A model generated the notes under the pieces. It worked only from the letters and a program-made list of their open reading frames with translations, searched no databases and was not told where the DNA came from. 64,000 nt of DNA from Nanobdellota archaeon (GTDB lineage Archaea > Nanobdellota > Nanobdellia > Pacearchaeales > GW2011-AR1), in contig JAKADZ010000002.1 of assembly GCA_021818475.1 (NCBI GenBank), positions 536-64,535 on the forward strand, in the 5' to 3' direction. A program made the translations under genes and the position numbers. Positions 16,926 through 26,037 of this stretch are shown here, piece by piece. Within the stretch, counting starts at the first letter, position 1, and the number at the start of each line of letters is the position of its first letter.

Positions 16926-17489
16926 ATGAAAATTTTAACAGAAGTTTCAGCGAGGCATATTCATTTATCAGAAAAAGATTTTGAAAAACTTTTTGGTAAA
17001 GAAAAATTAAATCCCCTGAAGCAGCTTTCTCAACCTGGAGAATTCGCTTCTGATAAAACAGTGGAGCTGATTAATGGAAATAAAAAAATAATGAATGCGA
17101 GGATTCTTGGTCCATTTAGGGAAAATTCACAGGCAGAAATTGCACTGACTGATGCTTATTTATTAAAGCTAAAACCATTGCCAAAAATAAAAGTTTCTGG
17201 AGATTTAGCAGACACAACAAAAATTGAAGTAAGAAGCAAAAAAGCAAAAATAAAAATTCCGTGCATAATCGCACAGAGGCATATTCACATTTCAAAAGAA
17301 GAAGCAAAAAAAATGAAATTAAAAAACAATCAGAGAGTTTCAGTTAAAGTCAAAGGGTTAAGAGAAATTACATTTCATAATATAGTTGTAAGAGTTGATG
17401 AACATTATCGGCTTTCCCTGCATTTAGATACAGACGAGGGAAATGCAGCAGGAATTTTTGGAAAGACATTTGGAGAGTTAGTTAAATAA
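16926..17489 (+). CDS. pduL: PduL-type phosphate acyltransferase
   Basis: Two PduL repeats: SARHIHLSEKDFEKLFG...QPGEFA...ILGPFR and AQRHIHISKEEA. Confidence 0.8.
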   Translation: MKILTEVSARHIHLSEKDFEKLFGKEKLNPLKQLSQPGEFASDKTVELINGNKKIMNARILGPFRENSQAEIALTDAYLLKLKPLPKIKVSGDLADTTKIEVRSKKAKIKIPCIIAQRHIHISKEEAKKMKLKNNQRVSVKVKGLREITFHNIVVRVDEHYRLSLHLDTDEGNAAGIFGKTFGELVK

Positions 17490-17540
17490 AGATTTTTCTA
17501 ATATATTTTTCTCTTTAAAAAAATATTTTCCCAAATAAAA

Positions 17541-17665
17541 AATCTTCCTCTAGGGGGGAGGGACTAGAGGGTAACAATTTCGCGAATAGAAAACTTTCCC
17601 CTTTGGGCGGGCGGGAATAAGTGAAAGAAATTGCGAATTATGAAAATCGAGGCGGAAGGAGTTAA
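17541..17665 (+). repeat. mosaic repeat copy (ggggggagggactagaggg; atttcgcgaatagaaaa...gggcgggcggg)
   Basis: Shared boxes with the other copies. Confidence 0.7.
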
Positions 17666-17710
17666 GCAAAATCACAAATTTAAAAATAGATAATTCTTTG
17701 TAAAAATAAG

Positions 17711-18364
17711 ATGCAACAAAAAAATATAGTGCAAATTATGGAAACCCTTAAACAAGTTTATCCAACTCACACAAAAACAACATTGAATCGAATGAGAGAC
17801 AAACCTGATGCATTCAGAATTTTAATTTCTTGTCTTCTCTCTTTAAGAACGCAGGATAAAAATACAGAAATTGCTTCAAATAATTTATTTGCAGTTGCAG
17901 ATACTCCTGAAGAAATTTTAAAACTTCCTGTGAAAAAATTGGAAAAACTAATTTTCTCATCGGGGCATTATAAAAAAAAGGCGAGAACATTAAAACATGT
18001 TTCTGAAATTATCTTAAAAGATTATAATGGAAAAGTTCCCGACAGAAGAGAAGAACTTGAAAGCATTAAGGGAATCGGCCCGAAAACTGCAAATATAGTT
18101 TTGGCTTTTGCATTCGGGAAAAATGTTCTGCCGATAGACACTCATTGCCATAGAATTCCAAATCGGCTGGGATGGGTAAAAACCAAAACTCCTGTCCAGA
18201 CAGAAATTGAATTGGGAAAAATCCTTCCTGAAAAATACTGGGCAGACTTTAATGCAATTTTCGTCCAGTTTGGAAAAACAATCTGCGTTCCGATTTCTCC
18301 AAAATGTTCTGAATGTCCGATAAGTCAATATTGCCCAAAAATCGGCGTAACAAGAAGAAGATAA
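17711..18364 (+). CDS. nth: endonuclease III
   Basis: HhH-GPD motif IKGIGPKTANIVL and the C-terminal 4Fe-4S Cys cluster CVPISPKCSECPISQYC. Confidence 0.9.
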   Translation: MQQKNIVQIMETLKQVYPTHTKTTLNRMRDKPDAFRILISCLLSLRTQDKNTEIASNNLFAVADTPEEILKLPVKKLEKLIFSSGHYKKKARTLKHVSEIILKDYNGKVPDRREELESIKGIGPKTANIVLAFAFGKNVLPIDTHCHRIPNRLGWVKTKTPVQTEIELGKILPEKYWADFNAIFVQFGKTICVPISPKCSECPISQYCPKIGVTRRR

Positions 18365-18424
18365 AAAAATCAAAAATTCTTTAATAACTTTTATCCCATC
18401 TTTTTTCAAGATTATATCTATCAA

Positions 18425-18625
18425 TAAAAATATGTGAACAAACGAGTGAAATTTTTCCCCATTAACTTTTTTCCTTGGCGAAGAAATCTGGCAGAGCCCG
18501 AGCATTTGCACGAATGCGAGAAAAAATTAAATGCAATGAGTGCGGGTGCGAGTTATTTCGGAGCAATTCATCTCAAAATTTTCTCTGAAAATTTTGCACT
18601 TTTTCCTCTTGAAGAGAAAAATTAA
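18425..18625 (+). repeat. mosaic repeat copy (gtgaaatttttccccattaac module, aaattaaatgcaatgag module, A/T hairpin 18574-18596)
   Basis: Collinear with 27530-27660 apart from an about 60-nt insert. Confidence 0.7.
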
Positions 18626-18706
18626 AACTGGAGAGAAGATAATTCTGAATAACTTAATAGTAGTTACAACCATAAACTATTTAAATTAAAATATTCAGCT
18701 AATTCT

Positions 18707-19405
18707 ATGAATCTGGAAGAAGAAATTAAAGGATTAGAAAGTTTACAAGTTGGAAATGTAGAGAAAGCGATAAGACAAATTGAGGATAGTGAACATGAAA
18801 TTGCAGAGGTATCTTCTGAAGCCGAAACAGGAATTGAAGCAGAAATAAAACTTTACAAAGAGGATATCCGGATAAAACTGCCAAGAATAATTGGAAATAT
18901 TATTTCATTGGGAGATAAGATATGCCGGATAGAAGATGGACATTACTTCTCTACTGAAGGAGATTGGAGTAAATATGATTATCCGACTCTGCATATAAAA
19001 CAAAAAGGAGAATTTGTGCAGGAAGGAAAATGGAGAAAAAGAAATATCTGGGTTGAAAAAAGTATTTCTCTTTTAACAATTGAGTCAATCAAAATAGGGG
19101 GTATAAAATTTGAATTTAATCTATCTGATTGTTCATTAAGAAATATTTCCTTAGGAAGTTATCCTTCAGTTCAAAATTCCTTAGACTTTACGAATGAATA
19201 TTTAAAAATTGTAGAAAAAGGCTTCAGACAAGGAGGAGATTCTGCGTTTAAATATGTACCTCACATATTAAATCTTGTTCCTGAAGGGATTGCAGGGTTA
19301 TATCTTAAAAAAAATGAAGAACAGGCAAAAAAATTAGAGGAAATAAGTCAAGGAGTTAGATTAAGAAACCAAGAAAGAGAAAGTTTAAACATTTCAGATT
19401 TCTAA
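18707..19405 (+). CDS. hypothetical protein (232 aa)
   Basis: Clean ORF, no motif recognised. Confidence 0.5.
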   Translation: MNLEEEIKGLESLQVGNVEKAIRQIEDSEHEIAEVSSEAETGIEAEIKLYKEDIRIKLPRIIGNIISLGDKICRIEDGHYFSTEGDWSKYDYPTLHIKQKGEFVQEGKWRKRNIWVEKSISLLTIESIKIGGIKFEFNLSDCSLRNISLGSYPSVQNSLDFTNEYLKIVEKGFRQGGDSAFKYVPHILNLVPEGIAGLYLKKNEEQAKKLEEISQGVRLRNQERESLNISDF

Positions 19406-19408
19406 ACA

Positions 19409-19891
19409 ATGCAAGACCTAGGAATTTTATTAATAGACATGCAGGAAAAATTCATTTTTGGATTTAATCCTTTCGTCGATGAAAAAGAAAAATCAAGATT
19501 AGTCGAAGCTCAGATTAGATTTTTAGAAGTTACAAAAAAGAAACAAATTCCGGTAGTTGTATTGGAATATAAAAACAGAGGAAAAACAATTCAAAGGATA
19601 CAGGATGCATTAGAAGGAACTGAAAATTATTCTCTGGAAAAATCAAGTCCAAATGGATTTGTTAATCCTGAATTAGATTCATTACTAAAAGAAAAAGGAA
19701 TCAGGAGATTAATTTTGACCGGGATATATTCAGATGATTGTGTTTTGAGAACTGCAGAAGGAGCAAAAAAAGATTTTGAGATATTTACCTGCAAGGAACT
19801 GATGAATCTGCCTTATGAAAGCAGTGTTCGCTGGTATCAGACAAATACAAATTATTCAAAAACAATAGGGGAATTGTTCACAAAAATCTAA
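19409..19891 (+). CDS. isochorismatase/cysteine-hydrolase family protein
   Basis: LLIDMQEKF start and LILTGIYSDDCVLRTA with the catalytic Cys context. Confidence 0.65.
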   Translation: MQDLGILLIDMQEKFIFGFNPFVDEKEKSRLVEAQIRFLEVTKKKQIPVVVLEYKNRGKTIQRIQDALEGTENYSLEKSSPNGFVNPELDSLLKEKGIRRLILTGIYSDDCVLRTAEGAKKDFEIFTCKELMNLPYESSVRWYQTNTNYSKTIGELFTKI

Positions 19892-19981
19892 TTAAAATCT
19901 TTAAAGGCCTCATGTTCACTCGGCCTAAAAGTCTTTTTAAAAAACCGAAGAGCTTTTAAACCAAATTTTTCTATTCCTTTT

Positions 19982-20098
19982 ATGAAAAGAAGCTCACGAA
20001 GATGGAAAAAGAAACGCCAGATGAGATGGAAATGGCAGAGAAAAAGACTTAGAAAGGAAAAGCACAAGAGAAAACTAAGAAGAGAAAAAGCTAAGTAA
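19982..20098 (+). CDS. rpl41e: ribosomal protein L41e-like (38 aa, below the ORF-track cutoff)
   Basis: MKRSSRRWKKKRQMRWKWQRKRLRKEKHKRKLRREKAK is an extreme Arg/Lys peptide resembling L41e. Confidence 0.5.
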   Translation: MKRSSRRWKKKRQMRWKWQRKRLRKEKHKRKLRREKAK

Positions 20099-20224
20099 AT
20101 AGAGTTCTAAAATGATAAAATTAACTGACAGTGCAAGGTATGAAAGCATAAAGTTAAGAGCAGAATTGACAGCAGAAGAGATAAAAAAGATTACAGCCGG
20201 AAAATTCTTAGAGATTCAAGAGGA

Positions 20225-20509
20225 ATGATTGAATATTGTTATGATACTTTAAATCCTCAATCAATTGATTTTACCAGAGCAGCAGAAATATATCATGAGT
20301 TAATGCTCGGAGATTTGGCAGAATTGATGAGAAAAGAAGAAGGATTGAAAACATATAAAAAAAGAGTTAATGATATCAAAGTTTCAAAATCAGTTTTGGA
20401 AAAAATAATAAAACAGGAAGAAATTTCTGAAGAGGAAGCTAAAACATTATCTGATTTTTTCAGTGATTTATCGAAGAGGTGTAAAGAGATTCTTGACGGA
20501 AAGCAATAA
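20225..20509 (+). CDS. hypothetical protein (94 aa)
   Basis: Clean ORF upstream of rfcS. Confidence 0.45.
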   Translation: MIEYCYDTLNPQSIDFTRAAEIYHELMLGDLAELMRKEEGLKTYKKRVNDIKVSKSVLEKIIKQEEISEEEAKTLSDFFSDLSKRCKEILDGKQ

Positions 20510-20560
20510 AACCTTTTTTATCACAATAATATTTATAAGTTAAAATTTAATTCTCTTAAT

Positions 20561-21523
20561 ATGAGCAGCGGAATATGGACAGAGAGGTACCGCCCAATAA
20601 AATTCTCGGAAATTGTCGGGCAGGATAATTCGGTAAAAAGAGTTGAAGCGTTAACAAATTCTATGAATATACCCCATATGCTTTTTGCAGGGCCAGCAGG
20701 AACAGGAAAATCAACTCTTGCATTGATAGTTGTAAAAGAATTATATGGAGAAAATTGGAAGGAGAATTATCTGGAATTAAATGCTTCTGATGAAAGAGGA
20801 ATAAATGTAGTGAGGGAAAAAGTAAAAAATTTCGCAAGAACAAAATCTCTCGGCAACATTCCGTTCAAAATAATATTTCTCGATGAAGCTGATGCGTTAA
20901 CTCCCGAGGCTCAGCAGGCACTAAGAAGAACTATGGAAAATTATTCAACAACCTGCAGATTTATCTTATCATGCAACTATTCAAGCAAAATTATTGACCC
21001 CATTCAGTCACGTTGCGCAATTTTCAAATTTAAATTGCTTGAAAAAAAAGATATTGAAAAAGTAATTGCGAAAATTGCTGAGAAAGAAAATCTCGTGGTA
21101 AAACCCGAAGCAGTCGAAGTTTTATATGAAGGATGCGAGGGAGATTGCAGAAAATGCATAAATATAATGCAGTCAACAGCGTCGATTTCTCCTCTTATAA
21201 CTTCCGAATTAGTTGCAACAATAATCTCAAATACCAAACCAAGGGACATAAAAATTGTTTTGGATTATGCACTTTCAGGAGATTTCCAGAAATCAAAAGA
21301 AAAACTTCTCGATATAATGTTAAGGGAAAGTATTTCAGGTCAGGATGTAATCAAAGCAATTCAGAAAGAAATCTGGAATCTTCCCGTAGAACCTACAATA
21401 AAAGTAAAATTAACAGAAAAAACCGGCGAGATTGAATTCAGGATAATTGAAGGAAGCGATCCTTTTATTCAGCTTCAGTCATTGCTGGCAAGTTTTGTTC
21501 TTGCAGGATTAGGAAGAGAATAA
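20561..21523 (+). CDS. rfcS: replication factor C small subunit
   Basis: WTERYRP, Walker A GPAGTGKST, Walker B FLDEADAL, SRC motif QSRCAIF. Confidence 0.9.
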   Translation: MSSGIWTERYRPIKFSEIVGQDNSVKRVEALTNSMNIPHMLFAGPAGTGKSTLALIVVKELYGENWKENYLELNASDERGINVVREKVKNFARTKSLGNIPFKIIFLDEADALTPEAQQALRRTMENYSTTCRFILSCNYSSKIIDPIQSRCAIFKFKLLEKKDIEKVIAKIAEKENLVVKPEAVEVLYEGCEGDCRKCINIMQSTASISPLITSELVATIISNTKPRDIKIVLDYALSGDFQKSKEKLLDIMLRESISGQDVIKAIQKEIWNLPVEPTIKVKLTEKTGEIEFRIIEGSDPFIQLQSLLASFVLAGLGRE

Positions 21524-21702
21524 TGGAAAAAACATGTTTAAGCAGACTTTTTGGAAGATGTAAAAATTGCCAGAGAGATTATGAGCCAATAACTCCTGCA
21601 CATCCGGTTAATAATTACAGTTGCAGAGACTATTATGAGGTTCATTTTGGGAAATGTGAAGTAATTGATGAATCTCAAAAATATGAAATAAAAAAAGATT
21701 AA
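21523..21702 (+). CDS. small Cys-containing protein (59 aa, below the ORF-track cutoff)
   Basis: taATG overlap with the rfcS stop; CxxC (CKNC) plus two further Cys. Confidence 0.3.
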   Translation: MEKTCLSRLFGRCKNCQRDYEPITPAHPVNNYSCRDYYEVHFGKCEVIDESQKYEIKKD

Positions 21703-21764
21703 AAGAGGAATAAAAAATGATAATTATCCTTGAAGAAAATTTTATTGAGAATATAAAACAAAAA

Positions 21765-21935
21765 ATTTCACGAATAGAATTATTTTTCCCCTTGGGTAGG
21801 CGAGCGATTTCGCAAGGACAAATTTCGGTGGTGGAGGGGTGGATGGCGGAGGATAAAAAATCGAGCGAAGTCGCTAGTTGGGCAGGAATAGATGAGCGAA
21901 ATTTTTTAGGAAAAGGAGATTCAATTTAAAATGAT
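21765..21935 (+). repeat. mosaic repeat copy (atttcacgaatagaa...ccccttgggtaggcgagcgatttcgc...G-rich run)
   Basis: Shared boxes; the 70-aa ORF across it is judged spurious. Confidence 0.7.
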
Positions 21936-21978
21936 AATCAGCCTTGAGCACTATTTTAGTGGGAAATTCAAAACATAC

Positions 21979-22019
21979 ATCGGAGGTATTAGGAACCTTT
22001 GGTTCTTAGTGTAGTCGCA
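21979..22019 (+). repeat. 41-nt hairpin-containing junction element ending in gtgtagtcgca, directly abutting the rfcL ATG
   Basis: Reverse complement of 60249-60289 with 1 mismatch. Confidence 0.85.
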
Positions 22020-23189
22020 ATGATGTGGGTTGAGAAATATCGTCCTAAAAATATAAATGAAATAAAGGGGCAGGATGAAGCAGTTTCTAAGGTAAAGGAA
22101 TTTATAAAAAATTTTGGAAAGGGTAAAAATGCAATAATTTTATATGGTACCCCTGGAACAGGAAAAACAAGTCTGGCATATGCAATAGCAAACGAAGTTG
22201 ATTCAGAAATTTTTGAATTAAATGCTTCAGATTTAAGGAATAAAGAAAGATTAAAAGAAGTATTAAAACCGGCAATAGAGCAAAAGTCTTTGAAGAAAGA
22301 GAATAAAATAGTTTTAGTTGATGAAGTAGACGGAATTTCCGATGAAGATTATGGGGGGCTTCCGCAACTTTTGGAAATAATTGACTCTTCTCCGACGCCG
22401 ATGATAATCACAGCAAATGATATATGGGGAAAGAAGTTTAATACTTTAAGAAAAAAATGCGAAGTTGTTCAGTTAAAGGAAATTAATTATAACAATATAA
22501 AACTAATCCTGCAGAATATCTCTGAAAAAGAAGGAATGAATCTGGATGGCGATTTGTTGACAGAGATTGCAATTAAAGCCAAAGGAGATTTGAGAGCAGC
22601 TATAAATGATTTGCAGACATTATATCAGATGAAAAGTTTTGTCCCGATAATTATAGATGAAAGAAATAAAGAAACAGATATTTTTAACTCATTAAGGAGA
22701 ATATTCAAGGAAAAACCCTCTGAAGAATTGCTGAACATTTTTGATTCAGTAAATATGCCGATAGATGAAATTTTTCTCTGGATGGAAGAAAACATTCCTG
22801 CGGAGTATAAAGGAGAAGAGCTTGCAAGAGCATATGAATTATTGGCAAGAGCGGATATATTCAAGGGAAGAATTTACAAGCAGCAATACTGGAGATTTTT
22901 AGTTTATGAAAACATTTTTCTCAGTTATGGAATTGCCTCGTCAAAAAAAAATCCAAAAGTAGGGTTTACAAGTTATAAAAAACCTGAAAGAATTTTGCAG
23001 ATATGGCTGAATAATCAAAAAACTGCACACAAAAAAACAATCTGCGAGAAATATGCCCAATATGTTCATATAAGCCAGAAACGCGCAATGACAGAATTTC
23101 CCGTGATAAAACAGATTCTGAAATCAAATTTTCAAATTCAAAAAGAATTAAAATTAAATGAAGATGAAATAGGCTATCTGAAAAGATGA
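22020..23189 (+). CDS. rfcL: replication factor C large subunit
   Basis: MMWVEKYRP, Walker A GTPGTGKTS, Walker B LVDEVDG; start set at 22020, after the repeat element. Confidence 0.85.
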   Translation: MMWVEKYRPKNINEIKGQDEAVSKVKEFIKNFGKGKNAIILYGTPGTGKTSLAYAIANEVDSEIFELNASDLRNKERLKEVLKPAIEQKSLKKENKIVLVDEVDGISDEDYGGLPQLLEIIDSSPTPMIITANDIWGKKFNTLRKKCEVVQLKEINYNNIKLILQNISEKEGMNLDGDLLTEIAIKAKGDLRAAINDLQTLYQMKSFVPIIIDERNKETDIFNSLRRIFKEKPSEELLNIFDSVNMPIDEIFLWMEENIPAEYKGEELARAYELLARADIFKGRIYKQQYWRFLVYENIFLSYGIASSKKNPKVGFTSYKKPERILQIWLNNQKTAHKKTICEKYAQYVHISQKRAMTEFPVIKQILKSNFQIQKELKLNEDEIGYLKR

Positions 23190-23214
23190 AATTTATTTGT
23201 AGGGAATTAATTTT

Positions 23215-23330
23215 TTATAGTTTGTGAATAGAATTTTCTATAATTTATTTATGAAATAATTCAATTACTTATTTTTAAAAAAGAGGGGATAACTTTGCCC
23301 TTGGGTGGGCGGGTGGAACAGGGTTAAAAA
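23215..23330 (+). repeat. mosaic repeat copy with core gggtgggcgggtgg (23303-23316)
   Basis: tttgtgaatagaa...ctttgcccttGGGTGGGCGGGTGG, lying between convergent genes. Confidence 0.7.
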
Positions 23331-23333
23331 AAT

Positions 23334-24566
23334 TTAAATCAAACTTCCTTGTCCGTACATTGTCTTTGCATAATCTCTTAATTCTTCTGCTTTGTCAGTT
23401 TTTTCCCAGGTAAAATATTCTAATCCATCTTTTTCATAAGGTTTTCTGCCAAAATGCCCATATGCTGAAGTCGGAAAGAATATAGGATTTTTCAATTTCA
23501 AATATTCAATTGCTAATCCAGGTCTTAAAGGAAAATTTTCTCTTACTAAATTTTCTAAATCTTCGTCAGCAATCTTTCCTGTCCCGTAACTGTCAACCAT
23601 TAGATTATTTGGTTCAGCAACTCCAATAGTATATGCTAATTGAACTAAACATCTGTCAGCTAATCCTGATGCAACAATATTTTTTGCAATATGTCTTGCC
23701 ATATAAGCTCCGCTTCTATCAACTTTAGAAGGATCTTTTCCTGAAAATGCACCTCCACCGTGATTCCCCTCGACAAATCCGCCATAACTGTCAACAATTA
23801 TTTTTCTTCCTGTCAATCCAGTATCTCCATGAGGTCCGCCGATTACAAATCTCCCTGTTCCATTTAATAAAAATTGAGTTGGGTCATTAAGGTTTAGTGT
23901 GGCTAAATATTTTTGTGGAATTGCTTTTTTAACAACTTCTTCAATAATTCCCTCCCTTAATCTTTCATCAGAAACATCTTCATCATGTTGAGCAGCGAGG
24001 GTGAAATTTTTCAAAGCAACAGGTTGATGGTCTCTGTAAACCACAGTAACCTGAGATTTTCCATCAGGACGTAAAAACTCCAAGGCTCCTGACTTTCTTA
24101 CTTCTGCAAGTTTTTCTGCTAATCTATGCGCAAGATAAATCGGCATAGGCATTAATTCAGGAGTATCCCTGTTTGCATAACCATACATCATTCCCTGATC
24201 TCCTGCTCCCTGATCTTTAGCATCTCTTTGTGAAACTCCCTGAGAAATATCTGGGGATTGAGAATGAACAACGTTCAGCACTGCCATTGATTCAAAATCT
24301 AATCCGTAATTAGGGTTTGTGTATCCTATTCCTTTTGCAACTCCTCTTGCAAGCTCTTGAAAATCAGTGTAACCTTTCGTGGTAATTTCTCCTCCAACCA
24401 AAATCATTCCTGTTGTAGCATAACATTCACATGCAACTCGGCTGTCTCTATCTTGTCTTAAAACATCATCAAGCACAGCATCAGAAAGTCTGTCACAAAG
24501 CTTGTCTGGATGTCCTTCAGTTACTGATTCTGCAGAAATGGTATAATCACTTCTCATAATTAACAA
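23334..24566 (-). CDS. metK: S-adenosylmethionine synthetase, bacterial/eukaryotic type
   Basis: GHPDKLCD, GEITT, GAGDQGMMYGYA, GGGAFSGKDPSKVDRS. Confidence 0.9.
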   Translation of the reverse strand: MLIMRSDYTISAESVTEGHPDKLCDRLSDAVLDDVLRQDRDSRVACECYATTGMILVGGEITTKGYTDFQELARGVAKGIGYTNPNYGLDFESMAVLNVVHSQSPDISQGVSQRDAKDQGAGDQGMMYGYANRDTPELMPMPIYLAHRLAEKLAEVRKSGALEFLRPDGKSQVTVVYRDHQPVALKNFTLAAQHDEDVSDERLREGIIEEVVKKAIPQKYLATLNLNDPTQFLLNGTGRFVIGGPHGDTGLTGRKIIVDSYGGFVEGNHGGGAFSGKDPSKVDRSGAYMARHIAKNIVASGLADRCLVQLAYTIGVAEPNNLMVDSYGTGKIADEDLENLVRENFPLRPGLAIEYLKLKNPIFFPTSAYGHFGRKPYEKDGLEYFTWEKTDKAEELRDYAKTMYGQGSLI

Positions 24567-24622
24567 AAAAATAATTAGTTTATAAATTAAATGTAGGATT
24601 AAAATATATTTTTAAAAAGATA

Positions 24623-25072
24623 TTATAAAATTTCAAAATCAACTCTCATAGAATGTTCATGAAGATGAAATCCGAATTTTTTATAAAAACCGAGGTTGTT
24701 ATCATTGCAATCAAGAATTAATTTGTAGCATTTTTCTTTTTTTGCACGGAAGATAATTTCATTTATTATTTTAGTTGCAATTCCGTTTCCTTCATATCCT
24801 TTTCTAACTGCAACATCCTCAAGATGCCCGACTTTTCCTCCCCCATGAGTAAATTTTTGTTCAATTAGCAATTTTGCTGTCCCAATTATTTTCCCGTCAG
24901 ATGTTTTAGCGATATAAACAATCACTCCATGAGATTTAATAATGCCAAAAATATTTTTCAGTTCATCAAGATTCAAATTTTTTACTTCGCTTAAATTTGT
25001 AAGAGTTTCAAGAAAACCATTTTTATCTTTTTCTAAATCCTCTTTTGTCAGCTCTTTAATTTCATAATCCAC
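24623..25072 (-). CDS. GNAT-family N-acetyltransferase
   Basis: VAVRKGYEGNGIATKII acetyl-CoA-binding motif; 149 aa. Confidence 0.8.
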   Translation of the reverse strand: MDYEIKELTKEDLEKDKNGFLETLTNLSEVKNLNLDELKNIFGIIKSHGVIVYIAKTSDGKIIGTAKLLIEQKFTHGGGKVGHLEDVAVRKGYEGNGIATKIINEIIFRAKKEKCYKLILDCNDNNLGFYKKFGFHLHEHSMRVDFEIL

Positions 25073-25134
25073 AAAATTAAGCTAAAAAATAAATTTAAAT
25101 AATTTATTAAGGATCAGTCTTGAATAGTATTTTA

Positions 25135-25222
25135 AAGGGAAACTCGAGCGCGAGCGATTTCACGAATAGAAAATTTTTTCCATTCGGGCGGGGGGGCGGG
25201 AGTAGATTAGCGAAATTGCAAG
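25135..25222 (+). repeat. mosaic repeat copy with G4 core gggcgggggggcggg (25186-25200)
   Basis: gcgatttcacgaatagaaaa...cattcGGGCGGGGGGGCGGG; lies between two minus-strand genes. Confidence 0.75.
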
Positions 25223-25999
25223 TTATAATATCTGAAAATCAACTCTTAGTCTTATCTTACTGGGAGATAATTCACCTGCGCGTTTTACCTCAAGGAGTTT
25301 AATGCTTTTTTTTGCTTTTTTCGCCTCGCTCCAGATTTTTTCTTTCACGTCATCAATTTCATCTTCCTTGCAGAAATCGTAATAATAAATTCTCGTTCCT
25401 TTTTTGCATAATTTAAATGCTTCACTCAAAAAAGTTTCTTTCAGCTGCGGACGCGGCATAACAATAACATCAAACTTCTGTTTTAACTTAGTGGAAATTT
25501 TCTTGGCGTCTCCTGAAACTAATTCAACTTTATCTTTAAGTTTATTTAATTTAATATTAAGCTCGGCATATTTATTCGCTTCGCGATTTATCTCATTTGA
25601 ATAAACTTTTTTTGCGGGGGAATTTTTTGCAATAACAATTGAGAACGGCGCAACTCCAGCGAACATTACTAAAACAGTTTCATCTTTTTTTATCATAGAA
25701 GCTATTTCTTTTCTCTCATTGCTCAATCGCGGGGAAAAATAAGTTTTGTCTATATTAAACCTGAAAACACATCCATTTTCCTTATACAAAACCTCTTTAG
25801 TGTTCTCTCCTGCAATAAATTTTGTGGATATTTTTCTAAGTCTTCCTTTTATTTTTCCAATTTTCTCAAGAACGGTCCTTATCCCTTTTTGCTCTTTCAA
25901 AATTTTCTCTGCAAATTTTTTCTTGTCTTTCTGCTTAAAATCTTCAGGAAATTTCACAAGCGCAATATTCCCAAGTAAATCATATGAATGAATTGCCAT
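25223..25999 (-). CDS. trm5: tRNA (guanine37-N1)-methyltransferase Trm5 / Met-10+ family
   Basis: YDLLGNIALVKF, FSPRLSNER, VLVMFAGVAPFSI, DVIVMPRP. Confidence 0.75.
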   Translation of the reverse strand: MAIHSYDLLGNIALVKFPEDFKQKDKKKFAEKILKEQKGIRTVLEKIGKIKGRLRKISTKFIAGENTKEVLYKENGCVFRFNIDKTYFSPRLSNERKEIASMIKKDETVLVMFAGVAPFSIVIAKNSPAKKVYSNEINREANKYAELNIKLNKLKDKVELVSGDAKKISTKLKQKFDVIVMPRPQLKETFLSEAFKLCKKGTRIYYYDFCKEDEIDDVKEKIWSEAKKAKKSIKLLEVKRAGELSPSKIRLRVDFQIL

Positions 26000-26037
26000 A
26001 AAAGAAATAAAGAAATTGAATTATTAAATTATTCTAA

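Noticed and set aside
21717-21929. ORFs that run through repeat-filled spacers: 1227-1712 (minus), 14167-14394, 18434-18625, 21717-21929, 25120-25302, 40550-40825, 58178-58429, 58210-58506 and 58215-58478
   Set aside because: Their sequence is made of the dispersed repeat modules, or of the tRNA-Glu intron. They encode Gly/Arg-rich translations of G-rich cores, have no coding-like composition, and several overlap each other in different frames.
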